Position numbers and translations under genes: made by a program. Positions 41,698-51,792 of a stretch of 64,000 nucleotides of DNA are shown piece by piece (within the stretch, counting starts at the first letter, position 1; every line of letters starts with the position of its first letter). This DNA is from Chamaesiphon sp. (GTDB lineage: Bacteria > Cyanobacteriota > Cyanobacteriia > Cyanobacteriales > Chamaesiphonaceae), in the NCBI GenBank assembly GCA_965246715.1, contig CBDFFH010000005.1, positions 32,001-96,000 on the forward strand, in the 5' to 3' direction. The notes under the pieces were generated by a model that was not told where the DNA came from, ran no database searches, and saw only the letters and a list, made by a program, of their open reading frames with translations.

Positions 41698-42009
41698 ATT
41701 CCTGGTGATTTTGAGAATTCAGTTTTTTTTCAATTCTTCCATCTCTCTTGCTAACTTTTCTTGCTGTTCTTGTGCCAAGAGTGCTTTTTCTTTCCACAGC
41801 TCTCTACTTGCACTTAAATCTCCGATCTTAACTTCCATTCCTCGCATTCTTTTCTGTTTTTCTGCTACTCTTTTTTTCCACTTTTCTCGACTATTGCTAA
41901 ATAGCCTTACTAATCTGCTATCATCACTTTTGAATCCTTCCATCAGCTTTACTCACAGCGGCTTTGACGACCATCCCTTTTTATCGCACTTTCTGCATGA
42001 ACACAATTG
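41698..42009 (-). mobile_element. Truncated remnant of a third IS (upstream ORF 41719-41943), cut off by the IS4 end
   Basis: 74-aa basic coiled-coil ORF (SRLVRLF..SREKWK...KI.DL..SRE.WK) ending at A8C. The IS4 IR follows about 20 bp later. Family not assigned. Confidence 0.55.
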
Positions 42010-42099
42010 ACGCTTTTTAACCTAGAATTAACATACTAGGCACTGCCCACCTTAATTTGTTTTATCCGTTTCAATAATAAAATATCTTCCGATCGATCT

Positions 42100-42495
42100 A
42101 TGTCTCAAATCAAAATTCATGGAATCCGATCGCAACTAGATCCGATTAAGCACCAACTTTCAGATCTGATTCATAGCTGCGTAGTGGATGCCTTGCAATA
42201 TCCCCAACACAAACGCGCGCATCGCTTTTTTCCACTAGATCCTAACGATTTTTATTATCCACCCGAACCCGGCCGTACCGATCGATATACAATTATCGAG
42301 ATTAGTATGTTTGAAGGGCGATCTGTTGAAGCGAAAAAACAATTGATTCGACTGCTATTCGATCGATCGGACAAACAGTTAAACATCTCGAATCAAAACT
42401 TAGAAATCACCATTTTTGAAACTCCCAAACATAACTGGGGATTTCGTGGCTTGCCAGGGGACGAGCATAGTTTAGATTATCGAGTGAATGTGTAA
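42100..42495 (+). CDS. Tautomerase family protein
   Basis: YTIIEISMFEGRSVEAKKQLI, ETPKHNWG.RG.PGDE. Confidence 0.85.
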   Translation: MSQIKIHGIRSQLDPIKHQLSDLIHSCVVDALQYPQHKRAHRFFPLDPNDFYYPPEPGRTDRYTIIEISMFEGRSVEAKKQLIRLLFDRSDKQLNISNQNLEITIFETPKHNWGFRGLPGDEHSLDYRVNV

Positions 42496-42610
42496 TGTGG
42501 CTCGACACATTACATGAGATTTTATTGATGAGAATATAGCCTTCAAACTACATTAATTTACTAAGGGATCGTAATTCTGACTAAGAGTGCCGATTAGCCA
42601 TCGCTCGCGA

Positions 42611-42651
42611 GCTATAAAATTCGATCGAGCTGCTCGATCGAATTTTATAGC
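42611..42651. terminator. Perfect 20-bp inverted repeat between convergent genes
   Basis: GCTATAAAATTCGATCGAGC-t-GCTCGATCGAATTTTATAGC. Confidence 0.65.
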
Positions 42652-42698
42652 AAAGTGTGGCATTGAGATAATTATCGCTAAAGTTATCTAAATCGCTG

Positions 42699-43313
42699 CT
42701 AATTGTGAGTGTCACCGTTCGGCATGATTGCCCCCGTGAATACTGTTTCACTGATATCGGTTAAATCCAAATTTGCTCCGCACAAGTTGGCTTCACAGAG
42801 ATTGGCTTCACAGATATCTGCCCCTCGCAAATTTGCATCACATAAATTTGCCTTCCATAGTCTTGCCCCATTCATGCTGGCTGCTGTCAGATTAGATGCT
42901 TGCATGTTAGCTTCTGATAGACAAGTCAGATGCAGTACGGCATTACTTAAGTCAGCCTCGACTAGCGATGCTCCACTCAGATCGGCTTCACTTAGATGTG
43001 CTGCAGTCAGAACTGCGTGACTGAGATCGGCTCCACTCAAAAATGCTCCGAACAAGTTGGCTCCACTTAAGTTGGCTCCACTTAAGTTGGCTTCACTAAG
43101 GTTTACCGATCTCAATGTGGCATGAACCAGATTAGCTCCGCTCAGATCTGCTCTACTAAGATCGATGCCACTCAAACACGCTCCGCTCAGTTCAGCTCGT
43201 GGCAAACTGACATTCTTAAAATCTCTCTCTCCTGCTGCATAGCGTCTTAGCAATTCGGCGGTATCGATCGGTTGTTTGCCCGTTGCGGTTAATGGTTGAT
43301 TGATGAGAGTCAT
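42699..43313 (-). CDS. Pentapeptide repeat protein
   Basis: ELLRRYAAGERDF followed by A(D/N)LSG repeats; GAGGAG RBS. Confidence 0.95.
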   Translation of the reverse strand: MTLINQPLTATGKQPIDTAELLRRYAAGERDFKNVSLPRAELSGACLSGIDLSRADLSGANLVHATLRSVNLSEANLSGANLSGANLFGAFLSGADLSHAVLTAAHLSEADLSGASLVEADLSNAVLHLTCLSEANMQASNLTAASMNGARLWKANLCDANLRGADICEANLCEANLCGANLDLTDISETVFTGAIMPNGDTHN

Positions 43314-44199
43314 GTATCAGCTCCTCACTTAGAGTGTATAGCGATTTTCTTTCGGAGTTGCAATGGTTGCAGAGCTTCGACCTCAGCCTCAGCCAAACAG
43401 TGAAATCCTTGGAAATTACCAGTATTAGGAGAGGCTACTTCCAAATACAAAGATTTCTGATTCAGTCATGCTTAATAGTTTCCTTGGTGTTTTGAAAAAT
43501 AGCAGGAATTACCAGCTCGAACCCGTCCATCCTGCAAGCCAAAACATGTATTGAATCAAATTAAGATGAGGAAGTTGTGAGGATTTTTTGTGTGAGAGTT
43601 AAAAATTATCGAATAACTGCGCCACAATATCGGCACAAACGACCGCTCAGGCGATCTTCGAGCATCTGAAATTATCTTTGCACAACTTTTAAAATTGCCC
43701 TAGTTCTGAGATCGATCGCAGTGTAAAGTGTCAAAGCATGACGATCGGGAAAGATGACATTAGTCGATAACACAGCACTTGGCAAGTTACGACCACAGAA
43801 TCAAAACAGTAGGTGTTTTTAGATCGGCATCAGCACCCCCATAACCGGCTGACAGGAGTGACTTCGATCGAATTATTGGGCGCGAAGTATTTCACAGTGC
43901 GCGTAAGAGACCTTTGATATCGCGGGTTTGACGGTTAGCATTACCCGAAGCTGTTTCTGACTGAGTAGCGATCGATTGTCCCGCAGTAATCCGATCTAAA
44001 GCATAATGTGCCCTGCTCGATCGCGATTGATTCTAATTCTGAGCATCTAAGCCGACGCAAACGTCGTCTCAAGAGAAGGCTGAAACACGTTGAAACTTTT
44101 TATAATAACCCGTAAATAGCATCGTTCGTACACTCTAAATTTGCAGTGCAAATTTTGTAGTACTATCAAAATCCTCAATCGGTACTGAGCCACCGCCAA

Positions 44200-44348
44200 C
44201 CCCTTGACTCACCGCGCTAGGGAAAATTGGCACCCCGACCGATCGAGCGACACGAGAGCTAGTAAAACTTGCTAGTTCGGTCGGGGAGTCCAATTTTAGC
44301 GCGGTGGTAAAGGGGCAAGCCCTTCGGGTTGGCTGAACCCGACCCCTT
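44200..44348. other. Long branched imperfect hairpin (candidate single-strand origin, oriT or structured RNA)
   Basis: Nested pairings 44210-19/44297-306, 44223-30/44290-97 and 44233-42/44277-86, plus a side hairpin at 44324-44342. Confidence 0.55.
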
Positions 44349-44368
44349 CCCTCTCTCGCTCCCTCAAG

Positions 44369-45386
44369 CTAGCTGTTTAGTTTTTGCTTAATAATTTCGG
44401 CAATAGTATCTTGACCAACTGGCAGATAGATAATTAGATTTTCTAGCTTCGATTTATTGAGTTGGGCATTATTAGATTTTGATTGTAATTCTCTTTTGAC
44501 TCGTCCTGCTATATATAGCTTTAGAAAATCTAGGTTGCATGAGTTGTTTTCAAACTTAGGCTTAATGATACCTGATACATCAGAAATATAAAACTCTGCT
44601 TCTTGATTAAAAATTTGAATTGTCCCAGCTTTTGCACCTTTTCTACTCCAGATCAATGAAGGCCCTTTTACCTTTACCTTTCTAGGAATATCGTCCCTCA
44701 CAAAATAAGCTGGCCCATCAGTAGCAGCCGTATAAACGGGAATGTTGCCAGGATAAGAATAAGCATCTTTCTTGGAAAATCCAGTACCTTGAACAATATG
44801 AAATTTATCAATAATTTTGACTGGCTCGATATCATCTGAGTAAAAGTCATTTCTAAAAAAGTCGATTATATCTTCTTCATTACTCACCGCTAATTTTAAT
44901 AATCTTGGAATGATTTGATTAATATCTATTCTCTCTTCTTTTAAGCCCAAGTATCTGCTACTATCTGGATTTAAATCGATATCATCAATAATATCAATTT
45001 TTATTAACTCTAATAATTTTTCATTATCTGATATACGAGAATATTTAATAAAAGAAATTTCATCAAACTTACTTATGTCAGCAGGTTTAATAATTAGATC
45101 TTTATTAAAGTTATTTAAAAAATTTTCATAGTTATCTTTTCCTACATATTCCTCTATTTCATCCTCATTTAATGCCTCAAGAAAACTAATAATCAAATCT
45201 TGCAAAGCCGCTGATTTAATATTTTTTTCGATTTCTCTTTTATATCTGACAAGTTGTAAATAATTCCATTTACTCCCTTCTTCGATATTCCATCCTTTAC
45301 CATTCCAGCCCTCTAAAGTTCTTAATTGATCCCAATTTTTATTTAAATTGGCAAAGTTATAGTCCCAAGCCCACTCAAGCTTAGAC
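44369..45386 (-). pseudogene. 5'-truncated restriction-modification protein with a C-terminal HsdS-like target recognition domain
   Basis: G.IPVYTA, LIWSRKG..AG, LNKSKLENLII.LP. Very AT-rich. The track's ATG (45394) lies inside the ISKra4 IR. Confidence 0.65.
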
Positions 45387-46612
45387 GGGAGCATCCCACT
45401 TTTTATTTAGCGATCGCAAATTAACCCGTTGAGGTAGGCGCAGCGATGCGCTAATACTTGAGGAACATTTTCAGATTTCCACTGCGCTCCAGAAATTTTA
45501 GTCCGGCGATCGATCTGTTTAATTGTAGACTCAATGGAACCAGAACCAATAGAGCAGATTTGTTCGGCTTGAAAATAATAATAATTAATTATCCGATGAC
45601 GATGTTTCTCTAAATAAGCACAAAAGTTTTCAGCTTGCTTGAGATTACAATCACCAAACAACTTAATCGTCTCATCAACTTTTCCGTACCAGAGTAATTC
45701 TCTGGCTGCAAATAATCTTTGGTTGGAACCGCCAATTTTATGGAGATTTTCCATCAAATGAAACCAGTCGAGAATTTCTCTTCTTTCACCAATAGGTACA
45801 AATTCCTTGATGATATTCCATACCCCGTCATGGCCATCACCTAAGCAAGTAACAACTGGAGCTAATTCTTGACTATTTACCCAATTAACGATCGTCTCAT
45901 TTTCTTGAAATGATGATGCAATTTTTTGCTGTTGATGTAGTACTGTTGCTTTGTATCCTTTCCAGCTACACACCTCTCCCTTTGGGGTTCTCACTCGAAT
46001 ATTCCCCCCATCTACACTCAATTCTGCCACGGGTGTCTCAGCTTGAGGCAATTCAAATTCTTGTCTGTGAATTAACCTCTGTTGGGCACTTTTTGATATC
46101 TCCACTCCAGTTAAATATTTGACTTCCTCTGTTGTCCTTTCGTAAGAAATTGATGCACTTATACGCAAGCAACAAGCTTCCAAATACGGACTGATTTGGG
46201 TATGACTTTTGATATTTAGCTTGGCTGCCTGTTTGCTTGTGATTGCTAATTCTCCAATTATGCTTTGGATCTGTCTTTTATATCCTCCAGTTTCGACTGT
46301 GACATTTTCGATAAAAAAATTCCGACGGATGGCATCACATACTCTTGCATTCTCGCTCTCACCGCTTCTTCGATTTTTCCTAAGCTTGTTAGTTCTTCTT
46401 TTGGTGTATTTTTATACAATATTTTGGCAATAGCTTTTGTGTGTCGATCGAGTTCTTTTTGCTCTTCTGGACTCATTACACTACCTTAGTTTACTTGACC
46501 CCATTATCTCAAGATTATGCTCCCTCTGCTGCTATTTTCACCAGATTTCTCGATCGCCATACTAGTACATACGCTTTATCTACATAAAACTAATAAAAAG
46601 TGGGATGCTCCC
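45387..46612 (-). mobile_element. ISKra4-family insertion sequence
   Basis: 21-bp perfect IRs GGGAGCATCCCACTTTTTATT. The flanks differ, so there is no TSD. Confidence 0.9.
45407..46476 (-). CDS. ISKra4 transposase, two ORFs joined by a frameshift
   Basis: ORF-A AIAKILY...GIFLSK with a T7 run at 46313-46319; ORF-B SVDGG, LGDGHDGVW, LDWFHL.ENL, IGSG.IES.IKQI. Confidence 0.88.
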
Positions 46613-46862
46613 TAGTAAGACCTCATCTAGGCAATGTATTAATGAGATAGAGTATCGATAGATCGGCTATCTATACACTCTGATTTTGATTATTTTTTTA
46701 ACATACCGATCGATCTTGATTGCCACTCGTTCTCCGTTCATCCGTCCCATTATTTTTCGATTGCCAGCAAGTCGCAAAATGGCGGATGACCCTTCACCAG
46801 TTACAATGTTTAGAGTTCACACCAAAATTAAACACAAATGTTGAGTCTAATATCAACGTCAG

Positions 46863-46893
46863 AGCCACTCGATCGACGACTCATCGAGTGGCT
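46863..46893. terminator. 11-bp inverted repeat downstream of the primase-helicase gene
   Basis: AGCCACTCGAT-N9-ATCGAGTGGCT. Confidence 0.4.
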
Positions 46894-46978
46894 GAACTTT
46901 TAGTATTTGTGGAAATTCACTTTAACGCGATCGATCTCGCCTTCCAGTCCCGATATTTATTGTGTAATTGGAACGGAC

Positions 46979-49900
46979 TCATGAGATTATCACTAATTCT
47001 TCGCGGGTGACGCTGCCATGACTGCGGACAGTAAAGCCCGTGAAGTAACTGTTACCTTTAATCTCGGTTATGCGATCGACCTTACCTCGATATTGCAGCA
47101 TGTTTCCGACGTAACGCACTCGATCGCCAACTTTTAGTGCATTTTCAGAAATATAAATACCTAACTGTGTTTTGGGTGGTGATACTGTTGATACTAGTGA
47201 TGCCACGGCTGAAACCTTTGCCTCTAAACGATTTGAGTTGGTGATACTGGGATCGTTAGCCTGTGATACCTCAGTGATACTGGTGATACCTACATCTTGA
47301 ATGTCTTTGCAAGTATCACCAGTATCACTCGCCAAAATCGGAAGGTGATCCTGAGTTGATACCACTGAAACTATTGCAGGAGGAGGGTTAGAAGTACTAG
47401 TATCACTGGTGTCACTAGTATCACCCTCATTTTCGTGTTTACCAAAAACATAATAGTAACTTGCTTTACCTTTCAGCTTGCGGATGCGAATCGCTTTGCC
47501 ATCAGGACGGGGTGGTAATAGTAATCCTTTTCGCTGCAACTCTTTTACCAGCTCAGTTTTATTAACACCATTACAAAACTCTTTATCGAATACTGTGGTG
47601 GGAACCCAAAGCTCTTCGGTCTGACCATCTAGATCGATCTTCCGATAAGCCAATAAACCGCCCCGTATCTTGAGATTGTCATTATCTGGAAGTGTGTAGA
47701 TCCGATCGCTGAATTCATTGGTAACTAATAGATGTTCGATGCGAGCGATCGCTTGTTTGATCTCGATCGAGCCATCACCACCTCGCTGGGTCAACCAATC
47801 TGTGAACATTTTCTTAATTGCCCACTCAATTCGATCGACTGGAAAGGGAAGGATACCGTAAGAATGAGCAATTTCTAAAGCTACCTGCACCAACGCGAAC
47901 CTATTAGCGACGCGACTAACAGCAAGGTCTATAGTCCCCTCGGCCAACTTCTTAGCCAGTTGAAACACCCGCGCCGCCGTTACGCCGTCAAAGCTCTTAT
48001 CTCGGCGATCGACCACCAATAGAGCCAGGAACTCATTGATAGCAGTACCGCGATACTTTTGACAAGCTGCTTCTAAGTTTTCGGCAAATTCTTTAGATGA
48101 ATCACAGCCATGAATCGATTCAAACACTCCATAAGGCGAACCAAATGGAACGGCTGGGATATCTGGCATCCCAACCTCTTGCCCGCCCTTTTGAACTTTC
48201 CCTGCCTGTGCCATATATGAGGTTAGGCTATGCTCTCCGGTCGATAGAAATAATAACCGCCAAGTTTTTACTTTCCGCGCTTTTAAATCCTTGGTCGATC
48301 GGCTCTTCCCCTGACCATTTCGCAGCATGTAACATGCTTCACCAACACCTTTCTCGTCAGCCTGTCCGATCTCATCAAGTGGCAGCATCGAATGATTATG
48401 AGCTGTCGCCGTCATCTCTAGTCCGTTGGCCGTAGTCCGCCAGTTTGGGATCTCTTTCTCGCCAGTGACCGAAACCGCTACTTTCACAGCGGTAGTCTTG
48501 CCCGTACTGGTGTCACCCATTAGATGAAAACCACCGGATTCTAGTCCTACAACCGCCAATAATGGAGCCGCGAACGCAATGCCTAGAACGAAAATTAAGC
48601 GGCTGTTATTATCGCATTTACTTCCTACCTTGGCTTTCCAGTCCTCTAGACTGCCTTTAATTTCGGTTGCTGTCTCGGTATTTGGTTCTGCTTGCTGGAA
48701 AACATAATCGCCATCTCCATAGGTCTTGTGCTGGCTGATGTAGCGACCATTAACCCAACCAGTGGAATCGACGAGCGTGTAAGTTTGCTCGATGTCAGCC
48801 CCAAGACCGTGCAGGTACTCTAGTAAATCAGCTTTATTTTTGCGGTTGTAGTAATAGCCGCATCCCATCAGATAGGACAGAATTGCAACTCCATCGCCAG
48901 CCAAATCAGAACGGGAAATAGAAAGCTTTCTGACCTGATTCCGAACAGTTTTAAATTCAAGTAATATTGCCGCGCCTGTCCCTTCTGAATTATCAAGATA
49001 TGCGATTGCCTCTAAATGGTTGCCGATTTTCTCTCTCGATTCACTTTGTTTACCATCGCTTTCGTTGGATGTAATTTTTTCTAGCCCACTCTCGATCGAG
49101 GTGGCAAACCCATAAAGATTACTATCTTTAGGCTTCGGGCTTTGAATTTTAACCTCCTTGCGCTTGGTATAGAGGCGATCGAGTGCTTTGAACCCTTTGG
49201 CGGCGATGTAGTCATCGATTCCTTTGTGACTTTTCCAAGTCAGTTGAGTTACTGTGATGCCATCTCCATCAATATGTCTTAGCAAGCTACTTTTAGCACT
49301 CTCAACCATCCGCACGGTATCGGGATTGGAATCGCGATCGAATGCTAATACTATTTCTCGACCGTCTAAAAATGGCTCTAAGTCTGGGTGAATGGTTTTG
49401 ATGCTTTTCCCGCGATCGTCTTTCTCGACATTCCCAAACATATCTCGATCGTTGGTTCCCCATCCCCACACCCCATTAAGAGCGATCGCGGGATATCCAT
49501 TTGAAACCAAGCTACAGGCTTTTTTTGCCCCTTCCGTGATGATGATGAATCCGTCATGCTCTAGATACCAGTCCCAGAAGTCTGGATCTTCCTTATCTGG
49601 CGATAGTGATTCGATCCGTTGGCGGTATTCTTTCTCTACTGCTTCTCCCAGTTTGGCGGCGATCTCAATTCCTGCTCGCACTGATACGCGAGGGATCAAA
49701 AGCTGTAGTTTCCCTTGCCCTCTGGGAGATTCATACTTGATATCTTTCTCTTCGCCGTTCTCATCCTTAACCTTGCGGGGTGAGTTAGGTTTGACGCATA
49801 TCCCCTTGTGACCATCAAAAATCCACCCGCTCGATCGAAGTGCATTGGCTAGGTTATTTGGGGATTTACCCTTTAAAGTCCCGTTGTTATTGTGGTCTGG

Positions 49901-50056
49901 CTCTTCAATCAGTAGGGTGAAGGCTTCATCTAGATCGTTCTCGTTTTCACCATCGAACGATCGGAAGTTGAGGGCGACGATATCATCTGCGATCGCACTA
50001 TCTCTGACTTCTGCCAGATGTTGCTCATCGAGGATAGTAGCCGGAAAATTATTCAT
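46979..50056 (-). CDS. DUF3854 (Toprim-like primase) - DUF927 P-loop helicase replication protein
   Basis: IKYESP, ITEGAKKA, LAFDRD, KGIDD; TGW, GGFHL.GDTSTGKTT, WRTTANGLE, LDEIGQ, W.LLFLSTGE. Confidence 0.88.
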   Translation of the reverse strand: MNNFPATILDEQHLAEVRDSAIADDIVALNFRSFDGENENDLDEAFTLLIEEPDHNNNGTLKGKSPNNLANALRSSGWIFDGHKGICVKPNSPRKVKDENGEEKDIKYESPRGQGKLQLLIPRVSVRAGIEIAAKLGEAVEKEYRQRIESLSPDKEDPDFWDWYLEHDGFIIITEGAKKACSLVSNGYPAIALNGVWGWGTNDRDMFGNVEKDDRGKSIKTIHPDLEPFLDGREIVLAFDRDSNPDTVRMVESAKSSLLRHIDGDGITVTQLTWKSHKGIDDYIAAKGFKALDRLYTKRKEVKIQSPKPKDSNLYGFATSIESGLEKITSNESDGKQSESREKIGNHLEAIAYLDNSEGTGAAILLEFKTVRNQVRKLSISRSDLAGDGVAILSYLMGCGYYYNRKNKADLLEYLHGLGADIEQTYTLVDSTGWVNGRYISQHKTYGDGDYVFQQAEPNTETATEIKGSLEDWKAKVGSKCDNNSRLIFVLGIAFAAPLLAVVGLESGGFHLMGDTSTGKTTAVKVAVSVTGEKEIPNWRTTANGLEMTATAHNHSMLPLDEIGQADEKGVGEACYMLRNGQGKSRSTKDLKARKVKTWRLLFLSTGEHSLTSYMAQAGKVQKGGQEVGMPDIPAVPFGSPYGVFESIHGCDSSKEFAENLEAACQKYRGTAINEFLALLVVDRRDKSFDGVTAARVFQLAKKLAEGTIDLAVSRVANRFALVQVALEIAHSYGILPFPVDRIEWAIKKMFTDWLTQRGGDGSIEIKQAIARIEHLLVTNEFSDRIYTLPDNDNLKIRGGLLAYRKIDLDGQTEELWVPTTVFDKEFCNGVNKTELVKELQRKGLLLPPRPDGKAIRIRKLKGKASYYYVFGKHENEGDTSDTSDTSTSNPPPAIVSVVSTQDHLPILASDTGDTCKDIQDVGITSITEVSQANDPSITNSNRLEAKVSAVASLVSTVSPPKTQLGIYISENALKVGDRVRYVGNMLQYRGKVDRITEIKGNSYFTGFTVRSHGSVTREELVIIS
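47179..47424. repeat. GTGATAC/GTATCAC iteron-like array inside the 3' end of the rep gene (putative origin)
   Basis: Perfect GTGATAC at 47179, 47241, 47263, 47274 and 47283; GTATCAC at 47313, 47322, 47400 and 47418; several one-mismatch copies; frequent 9-bp spacing. Confidence 0.75.
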
Positions 50057-50312
50057 AATGACGCTCTGTTGGTAATAAGCACGACAGAGCACCCAATAGA
50101 AATGGTAAGATTGACCTAATAAGTTTTATGCCGACCTAGCCCCAAAACTATTGGATGCTGGGTAGAAGACCCCCAGATTTTGTGGAATCTCTGGGGGCCT
50201 TCCTTTGAAAAGAAATTACATCCCCTTGGCCTGGGGATATAAATTTACATAGACTGAGATTGGTTTTATGTTTCGATCGCCATCTGTCATTTGTTGAAGA
50301 GGGCGATTTTTC

Positions 50313-50594
50313 TTAGGCGGCTTGGGAACTGGGGAGACTTTTGTAAAAAGACTCGATCGCTCTTTGGTGAGCAAGTGAATCGCCGTTGAGCAACCAATCC
50401 CGAACCAGTGCGGCATTCCACAGCACTCGAACACTACCTGGTGGGTGAAACCAATAAAGCTTTTCTGGCAACACCTCAGTTCTAAGAAACTTCAAACGGT
50501 CTGGTGATAAGCCGCAAGTAGCGACCATTTCCCTCGTCCGCACGAAGGGAAAAGCAGTTAATTTAGGGTCTGGTTGTTTTTTGCTTGAGGTCAA
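50313..50594 (-). CDS. Putative excisionase/AlpA-like DNA-binding protein
   Basis: 93 aa, GLSPDRLK.LR...YW......RVLWN..LVRDWL; lies between int and rep; TTG start with AAGGAG upstream. Confidence 0.6.
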   Translation of the reverse strand: MTSSKKQPDPKLTAFPFVRTREMVATCGLSPDRLKFLRTEVLPEKLYWFHPPGSVRVLWNAALVRDWLLNGDSLAHQRAIESFYKSLPSSQAA

Positions 50595-50697
50595 AAAAAA
50601 TCTCCTTTTTCTCTACGGGTAAATAGGCTGGAAAGGTAGGGTAATGGCTGAAATAGGGGGATTGTGATAATCAATTTACTATCTCCCCCAACTTGTC

Positions 50698-51789
50698 TCA
50701 AGTGCGATTTTGGGAGATAAACACAAGATACTTTTGTACTATAAGAATGGCGGGATACTCTTTTATGCTGCGGTGCAGCTTTTTTCTATCCTGTCTTTTG
50801 TCAGTGCGTTTGTAACGGTTCAGGAGCGTAATCTCATAGTCTTCATATTCATACTTGACTTGAAACCACTCTTGGAGAGCTTTTTGCACAATAGGACAAT
50901 TACTTTGTGCCAGGAAAGTTGGTAGCCGTATACCACTGGCGAAACTTGATAGTTTTGGGTCGATACCATTCTCTAAAGCAAGCATCAACAATTTATTGTT
51001 AGCTTTTAACGCATCTTCTGGTGTAAAATTTCCTTCCTCATCTTGCCCTTTTGTAGCGTATCCATAAACTTGCCTTTTTAGCTCGTGTAGCTTGCTGAAT
51101 GAAATCGAAATACCTTCATTAGCATTAGCTTGGGAAATAATTGCTTGTCTGAAAAGCCATTCCGATTGAGCTACCAGCATATCTAAGAATAAATTCTGGT
51201 AGTTGTAGGACATTTCTGGGCAATTATCTTGCATTGCCTGCGAGCCAAGTTTAACTACCTTATACAAGGTAATTTGTTCTTTCGCCATAAGTAATATTTT
51301 GTTCCTGAGATCCTTACTCCAATTGTGTTGAAGATATTTTACATCTATGTTTCCTTCATTTTGATAGCGACAAAATAAGTTATATATTTCTAGCCATCGC
51401 ATTTTGTGTTTTAGCCATACAAGCAGCTCGGCTACTGTTGGATCGGAACCCAAATAATCTACTCGTGGCAAGTCAAATATTCGAGGGTTACTCAGTACCG
51501 CAGAATCGAAATAAAGATCTTTCATTTCATCTGAATTCATGCGAATCGTATAGTTTCGACTTTCAGGTGTACCTTTGATGACTCTGGCATAGCCATTTAT
51601 AACTATTAGGTTCATTAGATTGCGTCGATATTGGGCTGTTAATACTTTTTGCCCTACTCCTGGTATATAATTTCTTGCCAAATACTCAGACGTAATATCT
51701 TCCTTAGTATGTTTGAACTTTTCTGCAAAGGCATTAATGTGAGAATCTTTCCATTGAAATGGAGGATTGATAAATGAATCTTGCTGCAT
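50698..51789 (-). CDS. Hypothetical protein immediately downstream of the integrase
   Basis: 363-aa AT-rich ORF starting 3 bp after the int stop; no motif recognised. Confidence 0.7.
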   Translation of the reverse strand: MQQDSFINPPFQWKDSHINAFAEKFKHTKEDITSEYLARNYIPGVGQKVLTAQYRRNLMNLIVINGYARVIKGTPESRNYTIRMNSDEMKDLYFDSAVLSNPRIFDLPRVDYLGSDPTVAELLVWLKHKMRWLEIYNLFCRYQNEGNIDVKYLQHNWSKDLRNKILLMAKEQITLYKVVKLGSQAMQDNCPEMSYNYQNLFLDMLVAQSEWLFRQAIISQANANEGISISFSKLHELKRQVYGYATKGQDEEGNFTPEDALKANNKLLMLALENGIDPKLSSFASGIRLPTFLAQSNCPIVQKALQEWFQVKYEYEDYEITLLNRYKRTDKRQDRKKLHRSIKEYPAILIVQKYLVFISQNRT

Positions 51790-51792
51790 AAT

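Noticed and set aside
42699..43313. 15-bp tandem DNA repeats (AAGTTGGCTCCACTT)
   Set aside because: Fully explained by pentapeptide-repeat coding
44200..44348. Retron msr-msd
   Set aside because: No reverse transcriptase nearby; kept only as an unexplained structured element
45387..45394. ATG start of the 341-aa R-M-like ORF
   Set aside because: The ATG lies within the ISKra4 inverted repeat, so it is not the native start
46720..47010. 96-aa plus-strand ORF
   Set aside because: TTG start, no recognisable motif, overlaps the rep 3' end and a hairpin
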